Shown: positions 1 through 10,997 of the stretch, in pieces | How positions within the stretch are numbered: position 1 is the stretch's first letter | Layout of the letters: the number at the start of each line of letters is the position of its first letter | Source of the DNA: Anthoceros angustus | Taxonomy: Eukaryota > Plantae > Anthocerotophyta | NCBI GenBank assembly: GCA_010909165.1 | Contig: MU008150.1 | Location: 186,001 to 250,000, forward strand | Reading direction: 5' to 3' | DNA: 64,000 nucleotides | Made by a program: the position numbers and the translations under genes | The notes under the pieces: generated by a model | Databases searched by the model: none | What the model saw: the letters and a program-made list of their open reading frames with translations, nothing else | What the model was told of the DNA's origin: nothing

Positions 1-1492
1 TTGTTCCATGACATCAAATCACCTTCAACCTTCCTTTGTTCCGTGCTTGAGTACATGTTGTCTCGATTTTCAATGCTTCACGTGTGCACCTTCGGTTGAC
101 AGACATGTCCATCCCAAATCGGCAAGTGCGTGCAAAACATGCCAACTTGGTTGAACCTCCACCACAGCCCAAACCTCCAAAACGCAAAAGAACAGAAGTC
201 AGTGTCGAGGCACGAGCTTCCGGGAAACGGAGGAGTGCAGCAGGAGGAGGTGCGGGTGGTGGTCATGACCAACCAACATCCAGACCAGCAGCTGCTGTAA
301 AGTCAACTCTGCTTCCACAAGGAGCATTAGATGGGAAGAGCGGACCTTCCCAAGGGCCATCACAGCGGCGGCCTCGACAAAGCAAGGGAGCATCAGGGCT
401 GCTTGATGACAGCGCATTAACATTGTTCGATGATATTGGGATTGTGCCAGGGACCACTTTGGAGAATCCTTTCACTACGGCTGAGAAGAATGTCTTGACT
501 GAAATTTGTACTGATCTATCGAGCAGGCTACTTGGACAAGGAATGAAAACATCCATGAAGAAGGAACGGACTCCACCCAACAGAATTTTGATCCCATTCC
601 GACGCTCTGGGTGAACGGGTATATGGATGTGTTGAGAACGCAGAAGATTGTAGTTGGGTACATTCTTTGGGCTTGGAAGTATGAAGTCCGTGCGCAATTC
701 AAAATGAAGCTTCTAATATGCACAATGAAGGAGAAGTTCTTTGTGAAGAATTCTAACTATCATCGCCTGCTGGTCTTGAGTGCGGACAAGCTGATTCCAA
801 GGCGATGCAATAACAGCATAATATTTGAAGCGGCTGAATATACATCAAGCGGCTTTTGACGTGAATATACGCGGAACGGGGTTTTTGATGGGCATTGAAA
901 TGCCATATTTAAGCATACCCTGCAAGAAGGCACACAATTAGGGTGTCATAGAAGTTTATATCTTTCACGCCCATGGTAGACAAAAGGTTTCCTTCTATAG
1001 GGGCGACCATTGTTTTCGATGGAAATGATGCCCATGTTGTTAATCCATGCGATTCGTTAAACAACGATGAAATGAACATGGACGATCATCTACGTAGTAG
1101 CATCGAAGGAATGCATACGGCTATTTCTATATTCATGCTATACATCCCATCCAGATCTGATGGCGTCTTTGTACTGTGAGGGTATGAAGACCCTAAACAT
1201 ACCATAAGTGACACACTTGGGCGGCATGCGCCAAATCCAATATTTCGTGCCTTGGGCGCCGGCATCGCGCCCAAGATTCATGGTCTTTGGCAATGAATGC
1301 GGACGTCGGACGGACACCCTCCTTCTTCTAAGAAATGGCTTCTCCAGAGCTCGCGTCGGATGAGACACCTAAGCAAGTGGCTAAGAAACCACCTGAAGCG
1401 TGATGGCTTCTCCAGACAGGCTATAAAAAACAAGGAGCATGGAGGAGCATAGGGCATGAAGAAGAAGAAGAAGAAAGATGAGGGCAGGAGGG

Positions 1493-3160
1493 CGCCGGCA
1501 TGCCGGCGTCTTCATTCAACATATACTTTATGTTTTGGGATATTCAACATGGGAAAGTTAATGAAGTGGTAAGACTAGGGGATTATGCTGGAGAGGTCTT
1601 GGGTTCAAGTTTTGTTTTAGGGCGCCGGCATGCCGGCGCCCTTTACAAATAAAATTTTCCTAAATGGAGAGGTCTTGGGTTCAAGGTTCGTTTTAAGGCA
1701 TGCCGGCGCCCTTTAAAGATAAATTTTTCCTAGTGTGTAGGGAATATGGATTGAAATGAGAGAGATTATAATATGACGTTACTAGTTCAAGTCATGCTTT
1801 TTTTATTTTGGCCAGCATAGTTTGCGTTGTCTATTTTGGCCAGCATAGTTTGTGTTGTAAAAGTGATAGATAATTCGTTCGGTTTGAAATCTCCTTATTC
1901 TTGTAATTCCTAATCTTGGACTCAAAATCATGGAAATTATTTTCAAATTTCAACGGTTTCTAAGCACTGCTTGAAATTACCCATGCCCTAATATTCATGA
2001 TTGCAAATTTGCCTTTGGAATCGGAGCGGTGAAGAGAGACATGACACGGCCAAGTTTCTTCCCTCTTCTCGAGCTCACTGCAGCCATGACTATCTTTCTC
2101 GGAGGTCATAGCAATTGAACACGTATTTTGTGTGTTAGACACCATCTTTGTGAGCGACCAAGGCATCGTCGCCGGAAGTGTCAAAGGTAGTGTGTTCTTT
2201 CTCATTCTCTTCTTGTGAGCAAGCGACCCATGGCCTAATGAATGTAAGTCATAATGTGCATGGGTGCACGACATGTGGTTGTAAGCCCTAGTGTTAATGC
2301 GGACGCATGCACGCCGGCGCTGAAAACTTATCTAAGGACGCCGGCATGCGGCGTCTTCATTCAACATATACTTTATGTTTTGGGATATTCAACATGGGAA
2401 AGTTAATGAAGTGGTAAGACTAGGGATTATGGAGAGGTCTTGGGTTCAAGTTTGTTTTAGGCGGCATGCAAATAAATTTTCCTAAATGGAGAGGTCTTGG
2501 GTTCAAGGTTCGTTTTAAGATCTGCGCCCTTTAAAGATAAATTTTTCCTAGTGTGTAGGGAATATGGATTGAAATAAGAGAGATTATAATCTGACGTTAC
2601 TAGTTCAAGTCATGCTTTTTTATTTTGGCTAGCATAGTTTGCGTTGTCTATTTTGGCCAACATAGTTTGTGTTGTAAAAGTGATAGATAATTCGTTCGGT
2701 TTCAAATCTCCTTATTCTAGTAATTCCTAATCTTGGACTCAAAATCATGGAAATTATTTTCAAATTTCAACGGTTTCTAAGCACCTGTTTGAAATTACCC
2801 ATGCCCTAATATTCATGATTGCAAATTGTCGGAATCGGAGCGGTGAAGAGAGACATGACACGCCAAGTTTCTTCCCTCTTCTCGAGCTCACGCAGCCATG
2901 ACTATCTTTCTACGGAGGTCATCGCAATTGAACACGTATTTTGTGTGTTAGACACCATCTTTGTGAGCGACCAAGGCTGCATCGTCATCGGAAGTGTCAA
3001 AGGTAGTGTGTTCTTTCTCATTCTCTTGCGCGAGCAAGCGACCCATGGCCTAATGAATGTAAGTCATAATGTGCATGGGTGCACGACATGTGGTTGTAAG
3101 CCCTAGTGTTAATGCGGACGCATGCACATCGGCGCTCACAGAAAACTTATCTAAGGACGG
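1493..3160 (+). repeat. Tandem duplication of an ~840-bp unit (about 1493-2338 and 2339-3160)
   Basis: Both copies start cgccggcatg(c)cggcgtcttcattcaacatatactttatg and end gaaaacttatctaaggacg. They are collinear and differ mostly by small indels. Confidence 0.9.
1619..1642. repeat. Perfect 24-bp palindrome AGGGCGCCGGCATGCCGGCGCCCT, with degenerate copies near 1255, 1491, 1698, 2338, 2461 and 3158
   Basis: Read directly; the sequence equals its own reverse complement. Confidence 0.9.
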
Positions 3161-3779
3161 CATGCCGCCTATGGAGGAGCATAAGAGCATAGGGTGCTAG
3201 CATATTGGTGCCTTCATTAGTATAACCCTAACCCTAGGGTTAGAGTTTAGGTCTCGGACTTGTTTTGTTTCGTCGGGTTAGGGCGCGCACTGGGTCGAGG
3301 GTTACATCTTGTTATGTTGAAGTTTGTGTTGTGCAAAGGGCGCATGCCGCCTCACTCTGAATCCTTTCATGATGCCTTGAGGCCGATTTTGATCATCCAT
3401 GACACCCTATTGTAAACATGTCGGAGGGGCTCAGTATGGGCACTGGTAAGCCGGCGCCAACCACCATACCTAGACAGGTATTGCTCTTACAAATGGATTG
3501 AAATTGTAATCCGAAGGAATTCCACCTACCCCAAATAATCAAAAAATGCTTAAATATGCAATATAGTTACTGTAAAGATTTGCGCAAGAGGGTTTTTGAT
3601 TTCCGGAAGCGGGTTCGTATATTCAGCCGCTTCAAATATTATGGTGTTGAATACTGAAGACCTGTGCAGTGGACTGGACGCAGCTATGACAAGTGACAAG
3701 GTATGTGGACCAGGATTATTATAGCTTTACAAGTTTGTTTCTGATGGCAGCATGTCGTGTATCAGGTGATGGCAGATGC

Positions 3780-4500
3780 ACCAGGGCGCGCACTTGTGCG
3801 CGCACTGGGGTCACAGACCATCCCATATCGGACCCTTTTGTGCGCTTTGGTGCACTATGACCCCAGTGCGCGCAAATGTGCGCACACTAGGGGCACATGG
3901 GCCCAAGTGCGCGCACTTGGGCGCGCATAGGGGGCTCTTGGCACCTCGGGTGCGCCAGCAAGGTAATCGAGGGGCCATGTGCCCCATGCGCGCACTTGGG
4001 CCCATTGAGACCCGGTCGCGCGCCCAAGTGCGCGCACTTGGGCCCATTGAGACCCGGTCGCGCGCGCGCGCGCAGGCGCGCGCAGGCGCGCACTTGGGCG
4101 CGCGCGCAGGCGCGCGCAGGCGCGCACTTGCCGACCGGGCAACTTAAGACCTCCATGCGCGCCCAAGTGCGCGCACTAGTCATGGCCTCCATTGCGGCGC
4201 GCGCACTTGGGCGCGCGCATGGAGGTTTAATGCCAGCGCGCGCACTTGGGCGCGCACTTGGGCCCATTGAGACCCGGTCGCGCGCGCGCAGGCGCGCGCG
4301 CGCACTCGCTCATGGTTTTCCATTGCGGCGCAAATGCGCGCGTCCGATAAGCGCGGCGCGCATGGGCGCGCCGCAGCACCTGCGCGCGCGCGCCCTCGGG
4401 GCCGGTGTGCGCGCACCTCAGCTCGCCTCGAGGCGGTCGCGCGCGCAGGCGCGCCGCATGAATGCCCGTAGCGTGCTTGAGCACGCTTTGGCGTCGTGTT
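3780..4500. repeat. Extremely GC/CpG-rich array of GCGCGCACTTGGG / CCCAAGTGCGCGC half-sites, including perfect 22-bp palindromes GCCCAAGTGCGCGCACTTGGGC (3901-3922, 4022-4043)
   Basis: The half-site recurs more than ten times in both orientations, interspersed with GGGCCCATTGAGACCCGGTCGCGCGC and GCGCGCAGGCGCGC units. Confidence 0.9.
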
Positions 4501-4631
4501 AAGCCCAACTGAGGATATCTCGGGTTAATGTATTTGGTTGATGTATCGATCAATGGAGTAATGGTTGTCTTTTTATTGCAGACATTCGGGACTATGCTGG
4601 CGTTTCTCCAGAAGGAAATAGTTCTAGGGTT

Positions 4632-7600
4632 GATGATGACGAAGATGGCCGACCAAGCATGTGAAAGCGATCCTCTCCAGGAGAGCGATGGAGAGGCAAG
4701 GAAAAGGCAGTTCGCAACCTCGACCAAAGCACCGTCATCCGCAACTCTAAATAGGGGCATTTCTGATGAGGATTCAATGGAACAAGAAACAGAGAGGTAC
4801 TTGCAGCCAGCAGGTATAGATTTCCTGGTTGATGCTGATAGTGGAGAATATGAAGAGCATGAAACCGCAAATGAAGATGTTGAGGACGACGATGTGCATC
4901 GACAACCAAGAAGTTGGCGGCGACAACAGAGAGGATATACATAGCGAGGGGCTCAAACGTTTGCCTAATGTCCCAAGAATCGCCATGCATTGGAGGATGC
5001 CCAGCTTCTACAAAGTCGACAGAGGGTCAAAGAATCATGAAGGAGCGAGCCGTGTACAACCAACCTCAAAGGAGGTAGACGCGGATGTTCGTTTCACCAA
5101 GGACGAAAGGTAAACCGAAAGCAGGGAAAAGAGGAAAGAGGAATGACATTGACGAGACACCAGCGACGGGTCACACCATCACCAAAGCCGTGCACTGACA
5201 ACGATAGTGGAGAATATGAAGAGCATGAAACCGCAAATGAAGATGTTGAGGACGACGATGCATCGACAATGAGTTGAAGCCGATGACAACAACAGAGAGG
5301 ATATACATAGCGAGGGGCTCAAACGTTCGTCTAATGTCCCAAGAATCGCCATGCATTGGAGGATGCCCAGCTTCTACAAAGTCAAGAGGGTCAAAGATGA
5401 AGGAGCGAGCCGTGTACAACCAACCTCAAAGGAGGTAGGCGGATGTTCGTTTCACCAAGGACGAAAGGTAAACCGAAATCAGGGAAAAGAGGAAAGAGGA
5501 ATGACATTGACGAGACACCAGCGACGGGCCGCGTCATCACCAAAGCTGTGCTAACGGACAACGACAGAGTGGAGCGAGCGCAACAGCATAAGGACCCGCT
5601 ACATCAAATTCGAGAGTCACCGCACAAAAAGAGGTGTATTCCGCATACAGATATGGTTGCCATCACCAAGTTGAGAAGCGCAGACTACATTACTCGTGAC
5701 GCTCAGATCCGAAGAGTGGATGAATCGTGGGGAAAACATCTTCTCCGGGAAATTAAAAAGGGACCTGTACAAGAGGGAGTACTTCCTCTACTATGTATGA
5801 TCGATCCGAGGGAGTGCGCAAGCGTGGAGGTCTTTGACAAAGACAAGTTGAAAAGGCAGCAGTACACCATGGGAGTATTGGGTGGGAACCATAGCTTCTA
5901 TGCATTCCAACGCCTGTACGCAGAAGACCCGGAGAACTCACACTTCCAGTATATGGAAGCTCATATATATGCAGGCTTAACCCAGGCAGAGATGCGGTGT
6001 GTGGCCACAGATCACAATGTCAAGGCAGATTTCCGGAAGAGAATGTCTTTCATTGAGCAAGTCCGCTATCTTCACGATGAAATGAAAATTGCGGCTGAGG
6101 AGGGTATTAGCATTACAATGGATTGAAGTACAATCTATATCGGATGCTAGGCGTCATCGGCGGCGGATCGGGAAGAAATGCGACTTGTCGACCGTAAAAC
6201 CGCCTATGCATTGCTAGTGTCCCGCCTCATGTGTGGACACGGGTGGACGAGGTTTTCGATCTTTGGGAGAGGGTGAGCTTCCAGCAAGGTAACCGAAGAA
6301 AGGCAGCAAGAGGAAATCAAAGCGTGGGGCCGGATATGAGCCGGTGCGGGATCCAAATTTGATTATAAAGCCAATGCATGCGACCAATTGGAGAGTTTTC
6401 CAAGGCATGCCTGTGGGAAGCAGGTGAAAGGATTATGTTGTCTGCGCTGGAGAAAGTGATTCAAGGCGAGTTGACCGTGAGCGGCATGAAAACGTGGATA
6501 ACGAAGGCCAAGAAGTTGAATGTCATCCAGACAGCATTTTGCTCTGGACTGAGGTGCAATTCATTTGCAGAAGTTGAGCGAGAATACCCGAGGCATTCGA
6601 CACCAGAAGATATAGCGAAATTTCAACCGGTGTTTGATCACATTGTAAGTACAGCGATGTATTTTCCGCTCGAAGAAGGCGCAAACTAGTTTGCGACTGC
6701 CTCATGTTGCACCTATGAGCGTCTCCATCCCGTGCGTATAATCAAGCAGTCAAGAGTACAAAGAGAAGATGATACCCGATAGCTTCAAAGAGCACATCAA
6801 TGCGGCAAGAAATTGGAAGAGGGTGGAAGATTTGCAGAGAGTCAAGAGGAAGACAACGACGCAAACTAGACATTTTCCATGTTCAAAAGCAAGCAAAGGT
6901 CCATTACGGTAATAACGGTGATATTCGTGAAATGGCTGCCTACTTGGGGAAAAGAGAATACAAGTTGGTCGTCGATTTACCAAGGGGCAATTTATCGGAG
7001 ACATGGGATAAGGAGATGACATGTGAGGATTTGGAGAAGATAATGGATGGATTCATGACAATCACCGAATGCAAGACTTTCCGCGTGATATTCATGCATG
7101 GACCGGATGCGGGATGTCCAAATGCACCGCGAAAATGGTGTGAAAAGGGGGTTTATACAATGGTGGAGAAAGACAACTTGGTTTGGACGAGGGACTTTAC
7201 GAGAAGAGTACATGATGGGGTATGGTGTTCACCCAAGTTGAAGATATGAGGAAGTGCGGTGCATTGTCCAATAGTGCGGCGAGATTGGAGCAATGCCTGC
7301 GTTTATTCGACAAAGCGCAGTCGTGAAGAAACTTTTGAATGTGTCCAACGATGGCCATGTTGTTTCTCCTTACCAAAAGCCAATAGGGTTGATGGTCCCG
7401 CTATCGACCTATTCACGAAGAGGGAATGGGTTATAGATGGATGCTCGGAAGCGGAGTGGAATACTTGCGGCATTCGAAGGCGGAACTGTATTCTGTTGAC
7501 CAAGAACGAGGAGCACAATATTCATCGAGCAGTATTACAGGCCATGAAGTGTTTCCTGTGCATTTAGGAAGAGTTGACCACCAAACCACACAAACGTGGA

Positions 7601-7968
7601 CATCCGGTTTTGCCAAAGAGATGGCGGCGGGGAGATCGATTAAGCCGGGGCAACGCTACACTTGGTTCAAGGAACATGCGCACCCATCGACCTTCAAGAC
7701 TTGAGTCAATCACAGGGGCCCCAGAAGAAGAAGGAGAAAGATGGCAAAAGGTCCAGAAAACCCTAAGAACCCAGACGGGAAAGAAGTGCGAAGACCAGAA
7801 GAAAGCGACCCTACTTGGGACAACCAACATCTGGAGACGTTTGGCTTGGGCGATTCCCAAGGTGGAGAAACGCCATATCTTCCTCTTGCTATTTACGATC
7901 CGCAACGGCTGCAGGAGAACGATGACATCGTCGTCCTGAGGACGGAAAGACAACATTCGCCAAACTAG
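4632..7968 (+). pseudogene. Frameshifted gene: acidic N-terminus + ParB/Srx-like domain + helical linker + beta-class DNA amino-methyltransferase (N6A/N4C) + acidic tail
   Basis: ParB-like: IRRVDESWGKHLLREIKKG..PLL, VLGGNHSFYAF (5881-5892), IYAGLTQAEMRCVATDHN. MTase N-half: GDIREMAAYL..YKLVVDLPRG..ETWD (motif IV-like, 6974-6988). MTase C-half across single-base frameshifts: SPYQKPIGLM (7365-7394), IDLFTK.EWVIDGCS/GSG (motif I, 7427-7455), RNCI/SVD. Probable intron at 6645-6749. Confidence 0.7.
4837..5565 (+). repeat. Tandem duplication of an ~365-bp unit (4837-5202 and 5203-5565) inside the ParB-MTase gene
   Basis: Both copies begin gatagtggagaatatgaagagcatgaaaccgcaaatgaagatg and run to catcaccaaagc..gacaacga. 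Confidence 0.9.
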
Positions 7969-10900
7969 CTAGAAATATACACCGTTGTCATGTGGTGGAG
8001 ACTGTTTAAATGTGAGTGCGCGCACAAGTTTGTGCACAAATACCGTGGCTAGTCTGAAGGAAAAAGCTGATCGTGAATGTCTCTGGATCGTTTTCCCTCG
8101 TAATTCCGATGTACAATGTGAGATATCGTGTATCGCAACAATAATTGAAATGTTTGCGGGTGACATGTCATGGGAGAAATACCACGATTCCGCATGGATT
8201 TCCGCGCAGAAGGTCCGGAACGCCCAGGTGCAAAAAGGGGGTTTATACAATGGTGGAGAAACCCCTTTCGTAATCAGATCAAGAGCTACCGTCACCGCAA
8301 GCTCTAGGGAGGAGGACCAAGCCTAGCCGTCCTCTAGCGCGTCCTCTATGGCCTTATGCTCAAGCACAAGTTGTTCAGCATGGCCTCCATTCCCCGAACA
8401 GCGTTGCGCATCGCGCGTAACGTTGCCCAGACCCTCCGTTGGCTCACCGATTTGCCTCCACAAGCTCGCATCCGGGCAGTGTGTGTTGCTGGCGCTCGCC
8501 TTGCCCGCCTCACTTCCTCCTCCGACATTGTGTCCGACTCGGTGTGGTTCCGCTTCCTCCCTCGTGTGCTCGTCCTCCTTGGAGAAGGGGTGGATTGCTC
8601 ACTGCGCTCTGCCTCGCCTTCCGACATTGCCTCAATGCCCCCATTGTCAGCTCCCCTTGCAGCTCCTCCTCCTCCGATGTGCCGCCAAATGATGGCCTCC
8701 ACCGCTGTGAGCTCTCCTGCCCTAGCCTCCCGCCTCGTGGAAGGGCTGAAGTGAAGGGTGCTGGAGGGCCGAGTTTCTCCAAAACTTAGCCTGCTCACTG
8801 ACGCTACAACTTCGGTCTACAAAGAGAGAACTTGAACCGACCACGTGGAAGGAAGTTCGGTCCCTAAAAAAAAGAGGTTTGGTTTGTGTGTAGGCTTCAA
8901 AGTGGCCGAAGTAGTGCGTCCACTTTGGACACCCTCATTTCGGTATGCTACCAAAGCGGACACCATCAAGCATGCTGACAAACGTATCTTGTGGAAAAAA
9001 AAGTTAGGTGTGGAAAAAAATGTGCCCCATCCCCTTTGTCCTGTTTGGTATGCCATGTGGCCCCGACGATTTGGACCCCTTTCACACCCGATCTTGTGGG
9101 ACCAGGTTGTTGAGCCCTCTCACCGTTCCGGCTCTTGGGCTTGGGCTGGAATAACTTGAACGTTCAAATAACCTCAAAAGAGCACAGCCAGATGTGACCC
9201 GGGCTCTTCGCCGTCGAGATAAAACCTTGCTAGGTCTTGTGATCAGATGTGAGCAACACTGGTACAGCTACATAGGTGGCATCGTGTCTGTAGTATGCAT
9301 AGGAAAAAGTTCTGCTCCGTTGGTCGGTGATGCATGTGGCACTCGTTCAGGGGCCAAGAACGGGATGAAGAGCCGCGTCACATGACATAAAACTTAGTGA
9401 TCACAACCTTTCACTCCCACGGCCACCACATGGACCTCTCGCATGAAGATGAAGCAGACCTACGAAGCTTCACAAGTATGCATGTACAGAGCCAAGGCAG
9501 CCGCGGCGTCAACCAACGGCTGAGGCGAATATTGAGGCAGGCGGCACCTAGGCCACTACATTTATCAAGGCGGCAACGTGTCTGTGCTAGCAAAAATAGA
9601 CACCACAGCTGGCCAGCCACTAGCCCTGATTCCCGACTCGCTCGGAGCCAACAAACGAGCATTTCGAGGAGACGGCTGTATGGACTTGGTCCAACATCTG
9701 GTCGGGTAGGGAGGATGCCGCAAGTGCAACCGACTCCTCATCTAGCACCACATTCCGCTTCGCCTTTATCCCATAACGGAACACACAGATCCCATCCCAT
9801 CTCATCCCCATCACACATTTACCACGCTCCATCTCGTCTCACGGACAATTTGCAACCTCCGCTCCGCACATGATGCAGTAGTACAACATCCCCGGGCCCC
9901 GACCATCGCATCCACCTGACGGCCAAACAGATTCAGCACATACGTAACAGCATGTACCACAAGCAAAACGCCCTCCCTCTGCCCGCAGCTGCAGCTGCCG
10001 CGCACGTGGTGAAACGCAAATAAAAAGGACGCTTAAAACTGCTACTAGTCGGGATAGAGCACGCTTTATTAACGCAGTGAGCAGGAGCGTGGGCCTCCGA
10101 GAGGCGGGAGCAGGGAAGGCCCGCACGAAATTGTGCTGGAGTCAAGGGCACTGGTCGCAGCCTGCAGGGCTGTCAAAGCCGGCTCGCCGGGCCTGGCCTG
10201 GCCTGCTTCTAGAGAGCTCGGGGGGGGCTGCCTACGCAGCACTCGTTCAGCGGCCTCACACACACCACGTTTTTCTGGCCTACCAGCTCTCACCACAGGG
10301 GCCGCCTCCTCCAACTACTCCTGCCTGCTTCTTGAAGGCCGCCCCGGGCCTGCCTGCCATTTCAGCGAATCACAGCAGGGGAGGATGCTCAGTCGCGCCT
10401 GCAGCTACCTAGAGATGGAGGAGACGGCGCCTCTGTTGTGGGCATCCCGAATTGTTGTGGCCTTAAATGGTATGTGCGTGCTGCCCTGCAAATTTAGTCC
10501 TGGATCCGCGGATTGGTCGATGCTTCTGCTGGGCTGTGCTGCTTCTGCTGCTGGTTGCGACTCGCTGCTGCTGCTGCTGGCGCTGCCTGTCTTTTGAAGC
10601 GCATGTTCCGATGCTTTGTACTGCAGATACGGCGCCACTTCATCATTGCGTACTGCTGCGCCAGCTGCATGCCGCTAGCAATTCGGTAGCAAGGCGGCGT
10701 TGAGGATTTCGGGATGAATCGTATGCGTTTTCCTGGCCAGGGTCTCTAGGTTTCATATGCAGTCTATGCGCGCAGGATGTGGGCTCCTGGATGCCTGCAG
10801 CGCTAGATCCTGCCGTGTTGCCTTTCCTGCTGCAGCCTGGCATGCGGATTTCTCGATTCCTGGGGCTGGGTTTGGGAGCGGTCGGGGTTCTTATCTGCGG

Positions 10901-10997
10901 GTGAGAGAATCGGCAGGGCAGGGTAGGAAGGCCTGGAGGCAGGAGTCGGTGCTACAACCCGCTGGATGGTTCGCAGGAGGCGTAGTGGAGGTGGAGC

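Larger units (their letters stand above)
1..9100. mobile_element. Putative large degenerate DNA-transposon-like region (left end outside window) carrying a ParB-like/DNA methyltransferase gene and palindrome arrays
   Basis: No recognisable host genes; ORFs chopped by indels; dense palindromic repeats; tandem duplications; an internal 27-bp inverted repeat; prokaryote-type cargo domains. No transposase was recognised and the right boundary is a guess. Confidence 0.4.

Noticed and set aside
3776-4760. Several overlapping Arg/Ala-rich ORFs on both strands
   Set aside because: By-products of the stop-poor GCGCGC palindrome array.
9060-9100. Possible right terminus (..GATCTTGTGGG) of the large element
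   Set aside because: No matching left TIR or TSD is visible in the window, so it is used only as an approximate boundary.
1-9100. Bacterial contamination as the source of the ParB-MTase
   Set aside because: No operon-like gene packing, a probable spliceosomal intron, low-complexity eukaryote-like tails and contiguity with plant genes; read-level confirmation is still advisable.
9194-10900. Short ORFs upstream of the P4-ATPase
   Set aside because: No recognisable domains; GC-rich promoter/5' UTR with CTG runs.
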